Assembly: GCA_965153455.1 (NCBI GenBank) | Contig: OZ234493.1 | Location: forward strand, 6,076,001 to 6,140,000 | Length of the DNA: 64,000 bases | DNA from: Sphagnum compactum | Taxonomy: Eukaryota | Direction: 5' to 3' | Shown here: piece after piece, positions 52,567-64,000 of the stretch | How the letters are laid out: each line of letters opens with the position of its first letter | Position numbering within the stretch: position 1 is the first letter of the stretch | Translations under genes and position numbers: made by a program | Notes under the pieces: model-generated | Database searches by the model: none | What the model was told of the DNA's origin: nothing | The model's input: the letters and a program-made list of their open reading frames with translations, nothing else

Positions 52567-55500
52567 ATGTCAATGGAGTCATTGACAGCTTCAGCAGTGC
52601 GTTGCAATCCTGCATCAAAGACCATGCGTGTAATGACCTCTAGCAGCACTTCTTCTTCTTCTTCTTTGGCATTCGTTAGAATACCTTGTTCTTCGGGAAG
52701 CCTCACAAGATTGAAGCTCATGATGATCAATAATACTGAGAGAACTTCGGTCTCGTGCTCTGCCTTAGAGGTAATTCTTGGGCAATAACCTCCATTGTCA
52801 ATCCCTCTTTTTTCTGTGAGAGACAATGTGGGGTAATGTGTTTCTTGCCATACTCAGTTTTTTTTCTCCTCTTCTGGTTCTATTATCAGCCAGAAAGTGA
52901 GGAATCCTCAAGTCAGAATGCTGTTCCAGAGGTTTTGGAGTTTCAACCACATAGCAACATGCCAGTGATGCCACCGGAGTGGAGAGAGCGAGAGGAGAAG
53001 CGGAAAGCTGAAGAGGCACTGAGGAATACACAAGGCATCACCATACGGAGACGACCTCCCACTGGCCCACCATTACACAATGTTGGTCCTTTCCAGTTCA
53101 AGATCCAAAGCGAGGGTAACACACCCCGCAATATTTTGGAGGAAATTGTGTGGCACAAGGACTGTGAAATAGCACAGGTCTTGCTTCCAAAACCATCTCA
53201 GCAATCTTTAGGGTTAGATTCAAAAATTTGGCAATTGGAAATTCTTCTGGTGCAATATGCTGCCTCTTTTGATTAATCAGTCAGGTAAAGCAAGAAGTCC
53301 CGATTCAGCAAGAAGGTGATGCCATCTGGAATTTGGGTTCAAGCCAAGTTGTGCAGATATCTTGTCAGATATACTTCAGTGTGATGCTGTCGAGGGTTCC
53401 TTAGGTAGCTGAGGGTGATGATGGCTTGTATGGATATTGTGCTGCTGAGACAGAGATAGAGAGTGTGCTTGGTACTGCTCCCTTTGGATCCTTTTTTCTC
53501 ATAGAATTGCTTGCCAATGCAAAACTGTTGATTGTAGCATGTGTGATCACAACTGGGTTGATTGGCTAATACATCGAGTTTGCATGCATATTTGGTGCAT
53601 GTCCAATCCAAATATGTAACTCTCCCCCCTTTCTGCAGGGATGTTATGGTCTCTGAGGCTTTGCCTGGAGTGTTAGGGATTATGAGCAGCTGCTTATGGA
53701 TTAGGGTTACAAAGATGGCCTGCATTGTCATGAATTTTTGGTAGCTTGGCCAAAAGAAGATGAACTCCTGCTTGACTCATTTGATTTGTATGCAGATGAA
53801 GGAGAGGACACCTCTCACTGCATTAGCAAAGGCAATGGCAGGTGTTGCTCCAACAAAGGATTTTGTTGGCACGTTGAAAGCGAGGGCAGCGGAAACAGAG
53901 CGACCAGCTCTGATAGCTGAAGTGAAGAAAGCATCCCCAAGTCGAGGCGTGATCCAACAGAACTTCGATCCGGTAGTGAATTTGTTCATCTGAGCCTTGA
54001 TCGTCTTCCTCTTCTGATTGCATTTCAGTATTTCCTCTTATAAGTAAACTCATAAAATTTGTAGTACCTTACCCTATGAGCTGCACACAGGTGAGGATTG
54101 CACAAGCATATGAAAAGGGTGGTGCTGCTTGTTTAAGTGTGCTCACAGACTCAAAGTACTTCCAGGGAAGTTTTGAGAATCTGGGTCTTATTCGTGCAGC
54201 TGGGATTCAGGTACTCAGAGTTTTCTCTTTCATCTGACAATTTTGTTGTGACTGCAAATTGAGGATTTTTTCTGAGATGCATAGAACACTTGTATCACAA
54301 TAGTCATAGCTCTATCACATAGGATGCCATGTGCATTCGCACTGACTGCTATGTTGGTCTGAATGTGACTTGCAGTTAAGAGGTTCCTGTTTTTGGGTTC
54401 TGATCTTTGTTCAGTTGAGCTTGTGCAGTGCCCTCTTCTGTGCAAGGAGTTCATTATTGATGCGTGGCAAATCTACAAAGCGCGGGTTAGTGGTGCTGAT
54501 GCTGTACTTCTCATCGCTGCAGTTTTACCTGACCAGGATCTGACTTACATGACCAAGATTGCCAAAGCTCTTGGAATGGCTGCCCTCATTGAGGTTGGTG
54601 ATTATGTGGTGAATGTTGTCTCTCTGTTTCAGAGAATACTGTTTTTGCTCTTCTTTCTCTGTGATTTAGCCTAACCCTAAACTTCATGTTCTAGACATCT
54701 CAGTTTTGTTGCTTCATTTGTTTTATCCCAGTCACTTTCTTATATTGCAAGAAGAGGAATCACAATTCTACAAGTGAAGTTCTAAGTTTTATTCTGGCTG
54801 GAAACTATTTCTCAATGCAGGTGCATAGCAAGAGAGAGATGGAGCGAGTGCTGGGTTTGTCAGGTGTGGAGCTCATAGGCATCAACAATCGCAGTCTGGG
54901 TATGTTTTCTGGGCCCGAATTCTGTCAAAACAAAACCTGCTCTCCTCTAATATCCTTCTTGAACTTAGAGTTCTCTGCTAGTTTCATTTTGCATACCAAG
55001 AATGAACTTTCCTATTGTATGTCACCCCAATCCTTAGTCAACTTACACAGGGGATACATTCCCTTGGTCTGTGCCTCCTGTTCAAAGAGAAGAACAATCT
55101 GGATGATCTGCCAAATCTGCTTATCTAAATTAGGTTAATGCATGATTTGAAAGAGAACAATCAGTCTGTTTGACTTGAATCCAATGGGTAGATTCAGGTG
55201 CAATCCAATGATCTGGATGCTGGTTGGTTTTATACACAGTTAGTGTCACTGTACCAAAGGCAGTGTTACTGAGGTTTGCTGAACATTGGTGTGGTGCTGC
55301 AGAGACATTCAAGGTTGATATAAATAACACAGTGGATCTTCTCAAGGGAGAGACAGGGCAAACCATCCATGAGAGGGGCATTGTTGTAAGATTCTGCCCT
55401 TGGAGAGTTTCAGTGGTATCTGGTTCATTAAATATTTGTGGATGAGTAGTAGAGTGTGACTGCAATTTTTTCTAGGTGCAAAGATAGCTCTCTCACTAAG

Positions 55501-56263
55501 AACTTTATCTGTATGGTTGTGAAATGCACAAGATTTTGCAAGGTACAACAGCCATTACAGAATCAGTGAATTGTGTACCAGAGTAAAGCAGTCAATTAGG
55601 CTGATGGACCTGGCGCAGGCACTTCACAACATTAATATCATAGATGGACCGTAGTTTTTCTTCTCAATCAAGTTCAGCAAGCAACATTTTTCTTTGGCTC
55701 GTATATGTAGGTAATTAACTTACAGCTGAGACCGGTGGGTTACAGGTCGTGGGTGAGTCTGGTTTGTTCACACCAGAGGACATAGCACTTGTCCAAGCTG
55801 CTGGTGTTGGTGCTGTAAGTTCACTGCATTTCACTTGTTCTGGTATCCTGTGGCCCCAAATTCATGTCAACAAAATCCATTTCAACCCACAAATCCATTT
55901 CAAAAATCACAGACCAAACCATGAAGTATTCTGATAGATAATGGAAACATAGACTTGCTGCTTTTTACTGAGAAGCAAAATTTAGAGTGCTCTGGTTAGG
56001 AGAAATTGGCCATGAAGTTTGCAGTAATCAGTTCATAGATTCTTTTTGAGACTTTCAGTGACTCTGTCACAATTTGGTTGTGTGTTTCAATAATCACCTA
56101 TGGCAAACAAAATGTTCACAGAAAGGAAGAGGGATGGGCTTGACAGGTGTTGGTGGGAGAATCACTGGTGAAGCAGGATGACCCATGCGCAGCCATTGCA
56201 GGTCTCTATGGCAAAGACATTTCCCGAAAGATGAATAACGAAGTAACCCTTCCTGTGGCATGA
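52567..56263 (+). CDS. IGPS: Indole-3-glycerol phosphate synthase, chloroplast precursor, multi-exon
   Basis: Ser-rich transit-like N-terminus; [117 protein letters not shown]; stop at 56261-56263. Confidence 0.97.
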
Positions 56264-56947
56264 GTCCTTCTGCACCAACTGTCCAAGTGCCACTCCTGAA
56301 GCGTTTGTAAGATCAAAAGCATTTCATTGCATTGATCACGGTTGGCTGATTTAAGATTTAGCATGCACACAGGTTCTATGTGGGGATTAAGAGATTCTCT
56401 AAAGATAATATGATTTTGACCACTACTGTGGTCTCTGGCTTTTTGTTGGAGAAACAGAGAAACAGGGAACTCCCATTTGTAACGTTTTTACTTCTCTACT
56501 TGTGTCAAATTTGCACAATTAGTAGCTGAAGGTTGTACTGCTAGGTTGAGCACTTTTCTCTGAAATGAATCAAATGAGTCAGTGTCACTTTGCCCAGTTT
56601 TGGGAGGCAATGTTTATGAGAGCTCCAAATTGTGATATCAAAGCACTTGCTGCAGAAGATTTGATAACCTAACCCCTGATGTCAAATGAAAATGTTGTCT
56701 GCTTATCAAATTGCAAGAATGTGTGAAGGGTCTCACCTCAAATACAACTGTTTTATGGGATTCATGAAAGAAGGTTGCACTGATGTGGGCACATTAGACC
56801 ATGAGAGCGAGAGAGAAGGTTCTGTTGTGAGTTCATTGCACCATTAGGAGAGAGAAAGTTTCACTGTCGTGATCACAGTGCACCATAGGAGAGGGAAGGT
56901 TGCACCATGGTGAGCACCAAGGAGTGTTCAAGAGTGGGGTGAGATTA

Positions 56948-57132
56948 CAAGTGTTTAGATATTGCTTTGATAGATTGTGATTGAAGAGGAGTATTTAAGA
57001 GCAGATTGAGGTTGCAAGTGTTTAGATATTGCTTCAATACATTGTGTTTGAGAGCAGATTCAGATTGCAGAGTGTTTAGATATGGCTTCAATAGGTTGTG
57101 TTAAAGAGGATTCTGTTTGAGAGTGGATTGAT
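56948..57132 (+). repeat. Three-unit degenerate tandem repeat (~55-68 bp)
   Basis: agtgtttagatat(t/g)gctt..ata..ttgtg...gag..gatt at ~56948, 57016 and 57068. Confidence 0.8.
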
Positions 57133-58797
57133 CTGTGAATCTCAAGAAGCATTCAATAATGCGTATTTTTGTGTCCTGAGTATGTATTTATGTATTGGTA
57201 GTTGGAACCACTGGAAATGATCTCAATAGTCTTCTCCCTGAAGTGCTTCACTCAAGTTGTTGAATTTTGAGCTTACTGTATCTCCTCCCTCTGTTGCAGA
57301 TGTACCCTGCTGGAGTTTGTGGACTTTTGAGCTTGCTGTATCTCTCTTTTGCAGATGTGTACCTCCTTGGAAACGCTCACATACCAGAGAGAGACAGAGA
57401 GAGACAGAGAGAGTCTTGTCCTTCTGGAATTGCATTCATCTTTGCTGTTGATTAGGTTTTGGGTGATGCAGAAGAGCTTTGCAAGGTGCTGCTACTTGGA
57501 TTCTTCTATTAGCATCATTTGACGCTGTTGTAGCATTATTGCTGTGCAGATTTCAAAGAGTAGTACTTCCATCTCTTTCTGCTGTTGTTGTTTTCATCTT
57601 TTTTTGCGTTCTGTCGCTGCAACTGCGAGGGTTGCCAGCCAGAGATGATCTTTTGCGGTTCACTGTTGATTTACTGACTGTGTGCAGCAGCAACAGCTGA
57701 AAAAAGAGTGCGCTGCGTCAGCCATTTGGTGGGGTCCTCTCGTCGTCTCTAGTCTATTGTTACAGAGAAACCACAACAAAAGCCTGTAGCCGTAGCGGTC
57801 ACGACGGACGGACAGACCGCGACGGACAAGCGTAAAAAGAGTCTCAAGAACTCAACCCCACTTTCTCGTATCGCGCACAGCCGCTGCAACGAGTGCGACG
57901 GGCATCCAGACCGGTATCCTTCTCTCCCTCGCTCCCTCTCTCTATCATCGTTGGGCTTTTCAAGATCTACCCATCTTCTCCCTGGAGCTGAAGTTGAAGT
58001 CTTTGGTGTTCTGTGTTCTTCTGTGATGGTTTTCCGCCGTGGGTTTTTGCAAGGAATGCGATAGGACATGGAAAAACCAGTGTTTTCTTGCTTGCTTGAC
58101 CATCGCTTGGGTCAGTTGCTTCAATAGTCTGTGTGTGATCTGCATTGCAAGACTTCTTCTGGGGTTGTCTGTTTCTGGAGAGTATGGTACTCGGATAAAA
58201 ACAGGAGTGATAAGCTTGTTGTAGGTAGCTGTATCAATCCCCTTGGAGATCTGTTTTGTATCAAGCTTGATACCGTTTCTGCAGCTATGATTGGCTGAGT
58301 CTCTGGAGCTTTTCAGAAAGTTTTGGAAAGTTTTGGAGAGCTTGGGAGCTCTAAAATTTTTGTATATGCTTTGTGGTTGCTGGGGGGTGTGGTGCTGTAG
58401 CTGTTGAAAAGAGTTCTTATGGCAGCTTCTGTGGTGCAGCACGAATGTATCCAGTTCAATGACCAGCTATGATGCAGAGATGGACCACATGTATGTCAAG
58501 CTCTCTCCTGTCCCACATGCGTTATCTCTTTGTGTCCCATCGTTCAAGGTCCAGCTTTTAGCTGAAGCTCTGCACAAAGTTGAAGTGAGATTGTTGTTTA
58601 GGAGGAATGACTGCAGATTACTTAGTCAGGTTTTTTTTTGCCTGCTGGCGTTTTCTCCTGTTTGTTTCTGACATTTGTCCCCTGGAATGGTTGCTGTATA
58701 GTCTGAGAGAATGTGAGGAGCAGGTGTGAAGGTTTGGATTTGGAGTACTGAGAGTCCAGGTGGATGTAAGGGAGACTGGAGGTGTAGTAATAAAAGC

Positions 58798-60442
58798 ATG
58801 AAGATGAGGAAAGATGGTGGCAATCGGGGACCATGGAGCTGGAGATCGCGGGGTGGTGTACACATACTCAAGATGACATCACGCATCCGCGTGCTGCTTG
58901 TGGTTCTGCTTGTCACTCTCTTTGGAGCCTCAATACTCACTTACCACTTTGGCCTCCCTGTCACAAACCTAGGTGTGTATTTGTATCTCTGTTTGTGTAC
59001 ATGTGCATCTTCTTTATGTGTGTGTTTGCACCCTTTGTGGCATACACTTAAATCTCCACCTTCTCATGCATTAGTGGGCTGCTGATTGGATTTGACCACC
59101 ACTTGCACACCCCCAAACAAAGAGAATCTTACAGTCAGTTTACTCATTGCAATCTGGTTAAACAGAGTCTCCTGACGATGACAGCACCACAAAAGCGGGC
59201 TTCCCTGGGATGCTGGAAGGGGAGGTGTTTATGTGTGATCGTTCACAGTACCGTACAGATGTATGTAACATGCGTGGTGACATTCGCATGAGCAACAGCA
59301 CCCACTTCACACTGTATGCTGTTGATAAAAGTACACCTTTGGGGGAGGAGGTTGTCAAGCCATACACTCGCAAGTGGGAGAAGAGCTGTATGGACAATGT
59401 GCATGATGTCATCTTGCACAGTGTGCCATCATCCCTTGCAAGCAACAGTGTGTGTGATGTGCAACACAGCGCACCAGGTGTGGTGTTCAGCACTGGAGGC
59501 TACACTGGCAATTTGTACCATGAGTTTCATGATGGTCTCATTCCGCTTTTCATCACAACACAACACTTGAACCGTGAGGTTGTTGTTGTTGTCTCAGAGT
59601 TTCATGAATGGTGGCTTACAAAATACAGTGAAGTCATACAGGAGATGTCCAACTACACAGTGATCAACTTTGAGGAAGATCAGCGTTTGCATTGTTTTCC
59701 AGAAGTTACAGTAGGTCTACATATCCATGGAGAGTTGAGCATTGATCCCACACGGATGCCTGATAATAAAAGTATTCTGGACTTTCGGGATTTGCTGAGC
59801 CGTGCTTACACACCATCACCTGAGGAACTTGAACCTCAGGGATCTGAGGTTCCTGAGGGTTCCACCAATGTTGCTGATGCCTCCAAGGTCTCTGGGGTCA
59901 CTAATATGGAGACAACAAAACAACTGACCATTCTTGTGCGGAATGGAACACGTGTCCTGCTGAACCTGGACAAGATTGTGGAGTTGGCATCGGAGGCCGG
60001 CTTCAATGTGACACTCTTAAGCCCTGACCCAACAACAGAGCTGAAGAGAGTTTTTTGGATTCTGGACAAGAGTGATGTATTGATGGGTGTGCATGGTGCA
60101 GCCCTGACTCATTTCCTGTTCATGCGCCCGGGCTCTGTGTTCATCCAGATCATCCCACTTGGTACTGATTGGGCAGCTGCCACATACTATGGGGAACCAG
60201 CAGTAAAACTTGGGCTCCATTATCTGCCTTACAAAATCAAGCCTGCAGAGAGCTCTCTCAGTGATAAGTACAGCTCAACAGACCCAATCCTTACAAATCC
60301 TGCCACCATTGTTGACAAGGGTTGGTGGACTATGAAGGAGGTATACTTAGAGGGACAAGATGTACGCCCTTCTCTTGTGCAGATGCGGAAGTTGTTTGAG
60401 AAGGCCAAGAAGTTGCTAAAAAAGAGAAGCCCTCTCCTGTAA
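58798..60442 (+). CDS. Glycosyltransferase family 61 (DUF563; xylan xylosyl/arabinosyltransferase-like), type II membrane protein, two coding exons
   Basis: Exon 58798-58972 has a TM helix (RVLLVVLLVTLFGASILTY) and splices in phase to 59166-60442, with CDRSQYRTDVCNMRGDIR, KPYTRKWE, VFSTGGYTGNLYHEFHDGLIPLFIT, DVLMGVHGAALTHFLFMRPGSVFIQIIPLG, Y.I...ESSL. Confidence 0.95.
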
Positions 60443-61900
60443 GTCTGCCACTCTTTTATGCAGATCAAAATGGGTATATGTATAGTATAGAAGCAGTCCT
60501 GGTATCCATACACTTGGAGCAAAGAACTGAATCCTAAATTTCATTTGGGTCTTTCAAGAGCTCCACTGACTTAGCACCAGATTACAGCAAAGCTTGAGGA
60601 CCGGAGCACAACTAACAGGCTGCAAACACATCAAAGCTAGTTCACGGAGAGTACCATAGCACCACTTGTATGTGTTCTGTCACAATTTCAATTGACTAGA
60701 CTGTAGTAAACATGTAAGCACATCATCCATACTTGTAGATGGAAGACATTGTTTGTACTTATAGATAGAAATCAGGTGTTCTTTGGTCAATTCGAGACAC
60801 ATCTTTTGTTTGTTGAGAACAACAATAGAGTATCAAAAATCATCTGGGTTAGGGGTTGGGGTGACTAATTTAAATGGTGAACCTGAATGGTGCTTGGTAG
60901 GCACTTTGTTTTTTCACCAAGGGGGTTGTGCTCGGCGGGAGGTGTCGGTGGATGCTATCCACTTGCCAGCCTTGTTTCTTTAATTGCAAGGGTATTGGGT
61001 ACAATGGAATTAAGGTGTTCACACAGTGAAGCATTCTGTCCATTGCATTAAGGTTATAGAGAAACAATAATCGAGATTATGATGTGTTTTATTTGTTGTT
61101 TTGTTTGAGATAAGAACCCAAAAGCTATTGTCGTTGGAATCATCCACCACTTGTGCATTAACATTGTTCTTATGCAATAAATCACATTTTTATTATCATA
61201 TCCTTAGACCATTCATTGTGATCCTAGTGATTCATAGACACATGTTTGAAACATATTCTAGAAAGTTCTATCCTATAGTTTGTACACAAAATAATAATTG
61301 TTTAAACCCAAATCTTGATGATTCATTAACATGCATTTAAAACGTATTTTGAAAAGTTTTACAAGTTAACTTGCACACATTAATAATTGTGTCAAATCAA
61401 ATTTAAAATTAAAAGATACTTGTCATAATATTAGTCTAAACTCACTTTCAAAACATGGCATGAATGCCTTAACAATGGCCCTCGTTTGATTTTAGAACAT
61501 TTTTTGAACCTAGTGTCTTGTAGCATGAATGGTGGTGATGAAGGTTTTCTAGAATGTGGACAACTTGACTCAAGGTTAAACAAGTGGTATCAAATTTTGT
61601 GATCTACTTTCCGATGAATTTGTTGTTTGGTTTTTGCACAAAAATTTTCAATCGAATCAAATTGAGAGAACTTATCGCATAGAATGTACTTTCCATTGTG
61701 CGTAACTTCAAAATAGTGTTTGAATTCTAGTAAGATGTGTGTATTCAAAAAAATTTGCATGGCTTGATACTTGGGCTTGGCATTGCTACACACCACTAGG
61801 TGATGATCAACTATTTTCTTCCTTTCTTATGTTCCCATATGGTATTCAATAGTTCATCGTTATTTATGTCAATGTCAAATTCAATTTGAATTAATATAAA

Positions 61901-62254
61901 CTAGTGTGAACCCGGTGCATAATGCACCCCTCGAGCTCCCCCCCGCCTGGTCCTTCCCATTGCCCACTCCGGTTCTTTACCCCGTCGACCCCCCCTCGTC
62001 CTTTGCATTTTCCACTCCGATTCTTTAACCCGTTGATCCCCCCCTCGTTCCCCTGTTATATATAATTAACTTCTCGCCCCGTGCTGGCCCCCCCCCCCCG
62101 CCCGTGCTGGCCCCCCGTTACCAAGCCCTGTCATAGAAAATGCATTGTCCGGTTCTGTCATAGAAAATGCAGAGGCCGGTTCTACAATAGAATTGCAGCA
62201 GAATTGTCGTGTCAGACAAACGCACGGACAGACTTACTGAATTAATATAGTAGA
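61901..62254 (-). mobile_element. Non-autonomous Helitron with canonical termini
   Basis: Minus strand starts A|TCTACTATATTAA and ends GGTGCATTATGCACC (hairpin) GGGTTCACACTAG|T. GC-rich interior with short internal duplications inside AT-rich DNA. Confidence 0.85.
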
Positions 62255-64000
62255 TATTATCATGGACATGAAAAGACATATGTTAATTTGCCTTTTCATA
62301 TCCATGTTGGAGGGTAGGAAAAGGAGGTACTATTAGGGAAATAGTGAGATAGTTAGTAGGAAAGGAGGTAGTTATTAAGAAAAATGTAAGGTAGTTAGGC
62401 TTCGAAGTGAGGTAGTTGCTATTGGAATTGTCTTTGAAATTGTCTAGCAATACCCATACAAATGATTATGCAAAATTAATTGTCCAAGGATGACCATACA
62501 AAAAAACTATTCAAAATTTTCTATATACCAATTACTTGAAATTTTTTGCCATTGAAAATTTAAAATTAATGGTACATTTTTTCTCACACAAAAGGGGAGT
62601 CCAATCTTTCATGAATGTAAAGCTTTTAGTTTTCAAGTTTTTTAATAATAATTATAAGTTGTGACTTTGGTGAATCTTAGTACTCAAGTGATGTTGTAAA
62701 GACTATAATTTCCATGGGTGTTTTGTAATAAGTCTGCACTTTGGTACTTAGAAAATGTTACTAATTTTGAATTATTCATAGTGAAAAAATAAATGTTTAG
62801 AAAGATGTCCGTGACAAACTTCTAGAAAGGGACCAAGAAAGGTCACAAATGTCACACATAATTGTTATGTAAAATTTTGCATTCAAAATATAATGATGTA
62901 AGTTTTATGTTCATAGCAAACTTTTCAACACTATTTTCACAAAAAAGTTTCCAAAATATTGTACCAAATGACATTTGTCAAAAATTGGAAAATGGTGTTA
63001 CATTTGCCTAAACTTGCAAACATCAAATCATGTAAGTAAACTTAGGAGGTAAGTCCAATTCCTACAATCCAATTTTTCTAAAATATTCATATAGTCCCAA
63101 GAATTATCTAGAAACAAATACTACTAATTGTCACCTAGGCTTGGTGATAAAATTTCAAATGCAAAGTTGTCATAGGCATCACAAAAAATATCAAGTTATG
63201 TCAATTGTCTATCCAATTACATAATCAAAAAAATTGAAAAGATGATAAGGAACCTTTTTGGCTGGCAAAATTTGAAAAACTTAACAATTGGACTTAAATT
63301 GTAGTGTCCTCACTTTAATCATCCATGAAATTAGGGTGCAAGCAAGATATTTTGTACATATTTGTTACCTTTGTTTTCTTATTTGAAAATGCAAAAAAAA
63401 AGAATTTCTCAAACTTATGATTTTTCTCTGGCATTTCAAAACAAGTGAAATTTTTAAATTTTTTTATAGGCATCTCTAACTTCCCCCTAATTTTTCAAAG
63501 CAACTTGTGTCATATCATTTGGACTTGAAAAAATACCTCAAAAGTATCCCCAACAAATGGTCATTTTTTAAAGGTTGGGGATAATTTTAGTTACGAAACC
63601 AAATTCGATTAACCTAAAATATTATATTATAATGTTCATCACATCAATATTGAGGTGGTTGCAAAAGAAATCAAATACTTGCAAAAACATTTCATCTATT
63701 TTCTAGTACTTCAACTTTATTTTTCAAACTGCCACAAATTTTAGGTCCAATTCAAGTACTTGCAAGTAGTTTTTAAAAACATGATTATAACAATTTAACT
63801 TTAGAAGTCCATGCAAACAAGAGTTAAGAAATAATGTACCCCAAGAAAATATTATTATCCCCATAAAATTATCTACTTGTTAGTCTTTTTATTTAAGGAC
63901 CCCAATATTTTTTGTATATTTTACCATGTTTTCAACCATTAGATTTATGGTGAAAAGATTCACCTTTATTACATCTATTTAGGTTTTTGTTGTGGCATCC

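Noticed and set aside
45005..60442. Functional or metabolic cluster, or bacterial HGT (DUF179, trpC-like IGPS, GT61)
   Set aside because: All three are standard intron-containing plant nuclear genes from unrelated pathways; their adjacency looks incidental.

Overview
Eukaryotic, intron-rich land-plant nuclear DNA, most likely a moss (Sphagnum-like repeat landscape; this assignment is inference). There is a 200-N scaffold gap at 14068-14267. Seven spliced genes can be read from the sequence: Rab escort protein (+), an AT-hook/MNM1-like protein (+), BRE/BRCC45 (-), nucleoporin NUP93 (+), a DUF179/AlgH-like protein (+), indole-3-glycerol-phosphate synthase (+) and a GT61 glycosyltransferase (+). 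The AT-rich intergenic DNA holds a decayed pogo/Tigger transposase, a 5'-truncated RTE-clade LINE with a (TAATG)n tail, two non-autonomous Helitrons with intact termini, several MITEs, minisatellites and telo-box clusters. I found no convincing novel multi-gene system. The most notable observations are a cluster of single-base frameshifts confined to the REP gene left of the gap, a perfect 31-bp hairpin overlapping a second hairpin, a tandem CCAAT array in the DUF179 promoter, and uORFs in the IGPS and AT-hook gene leaders.
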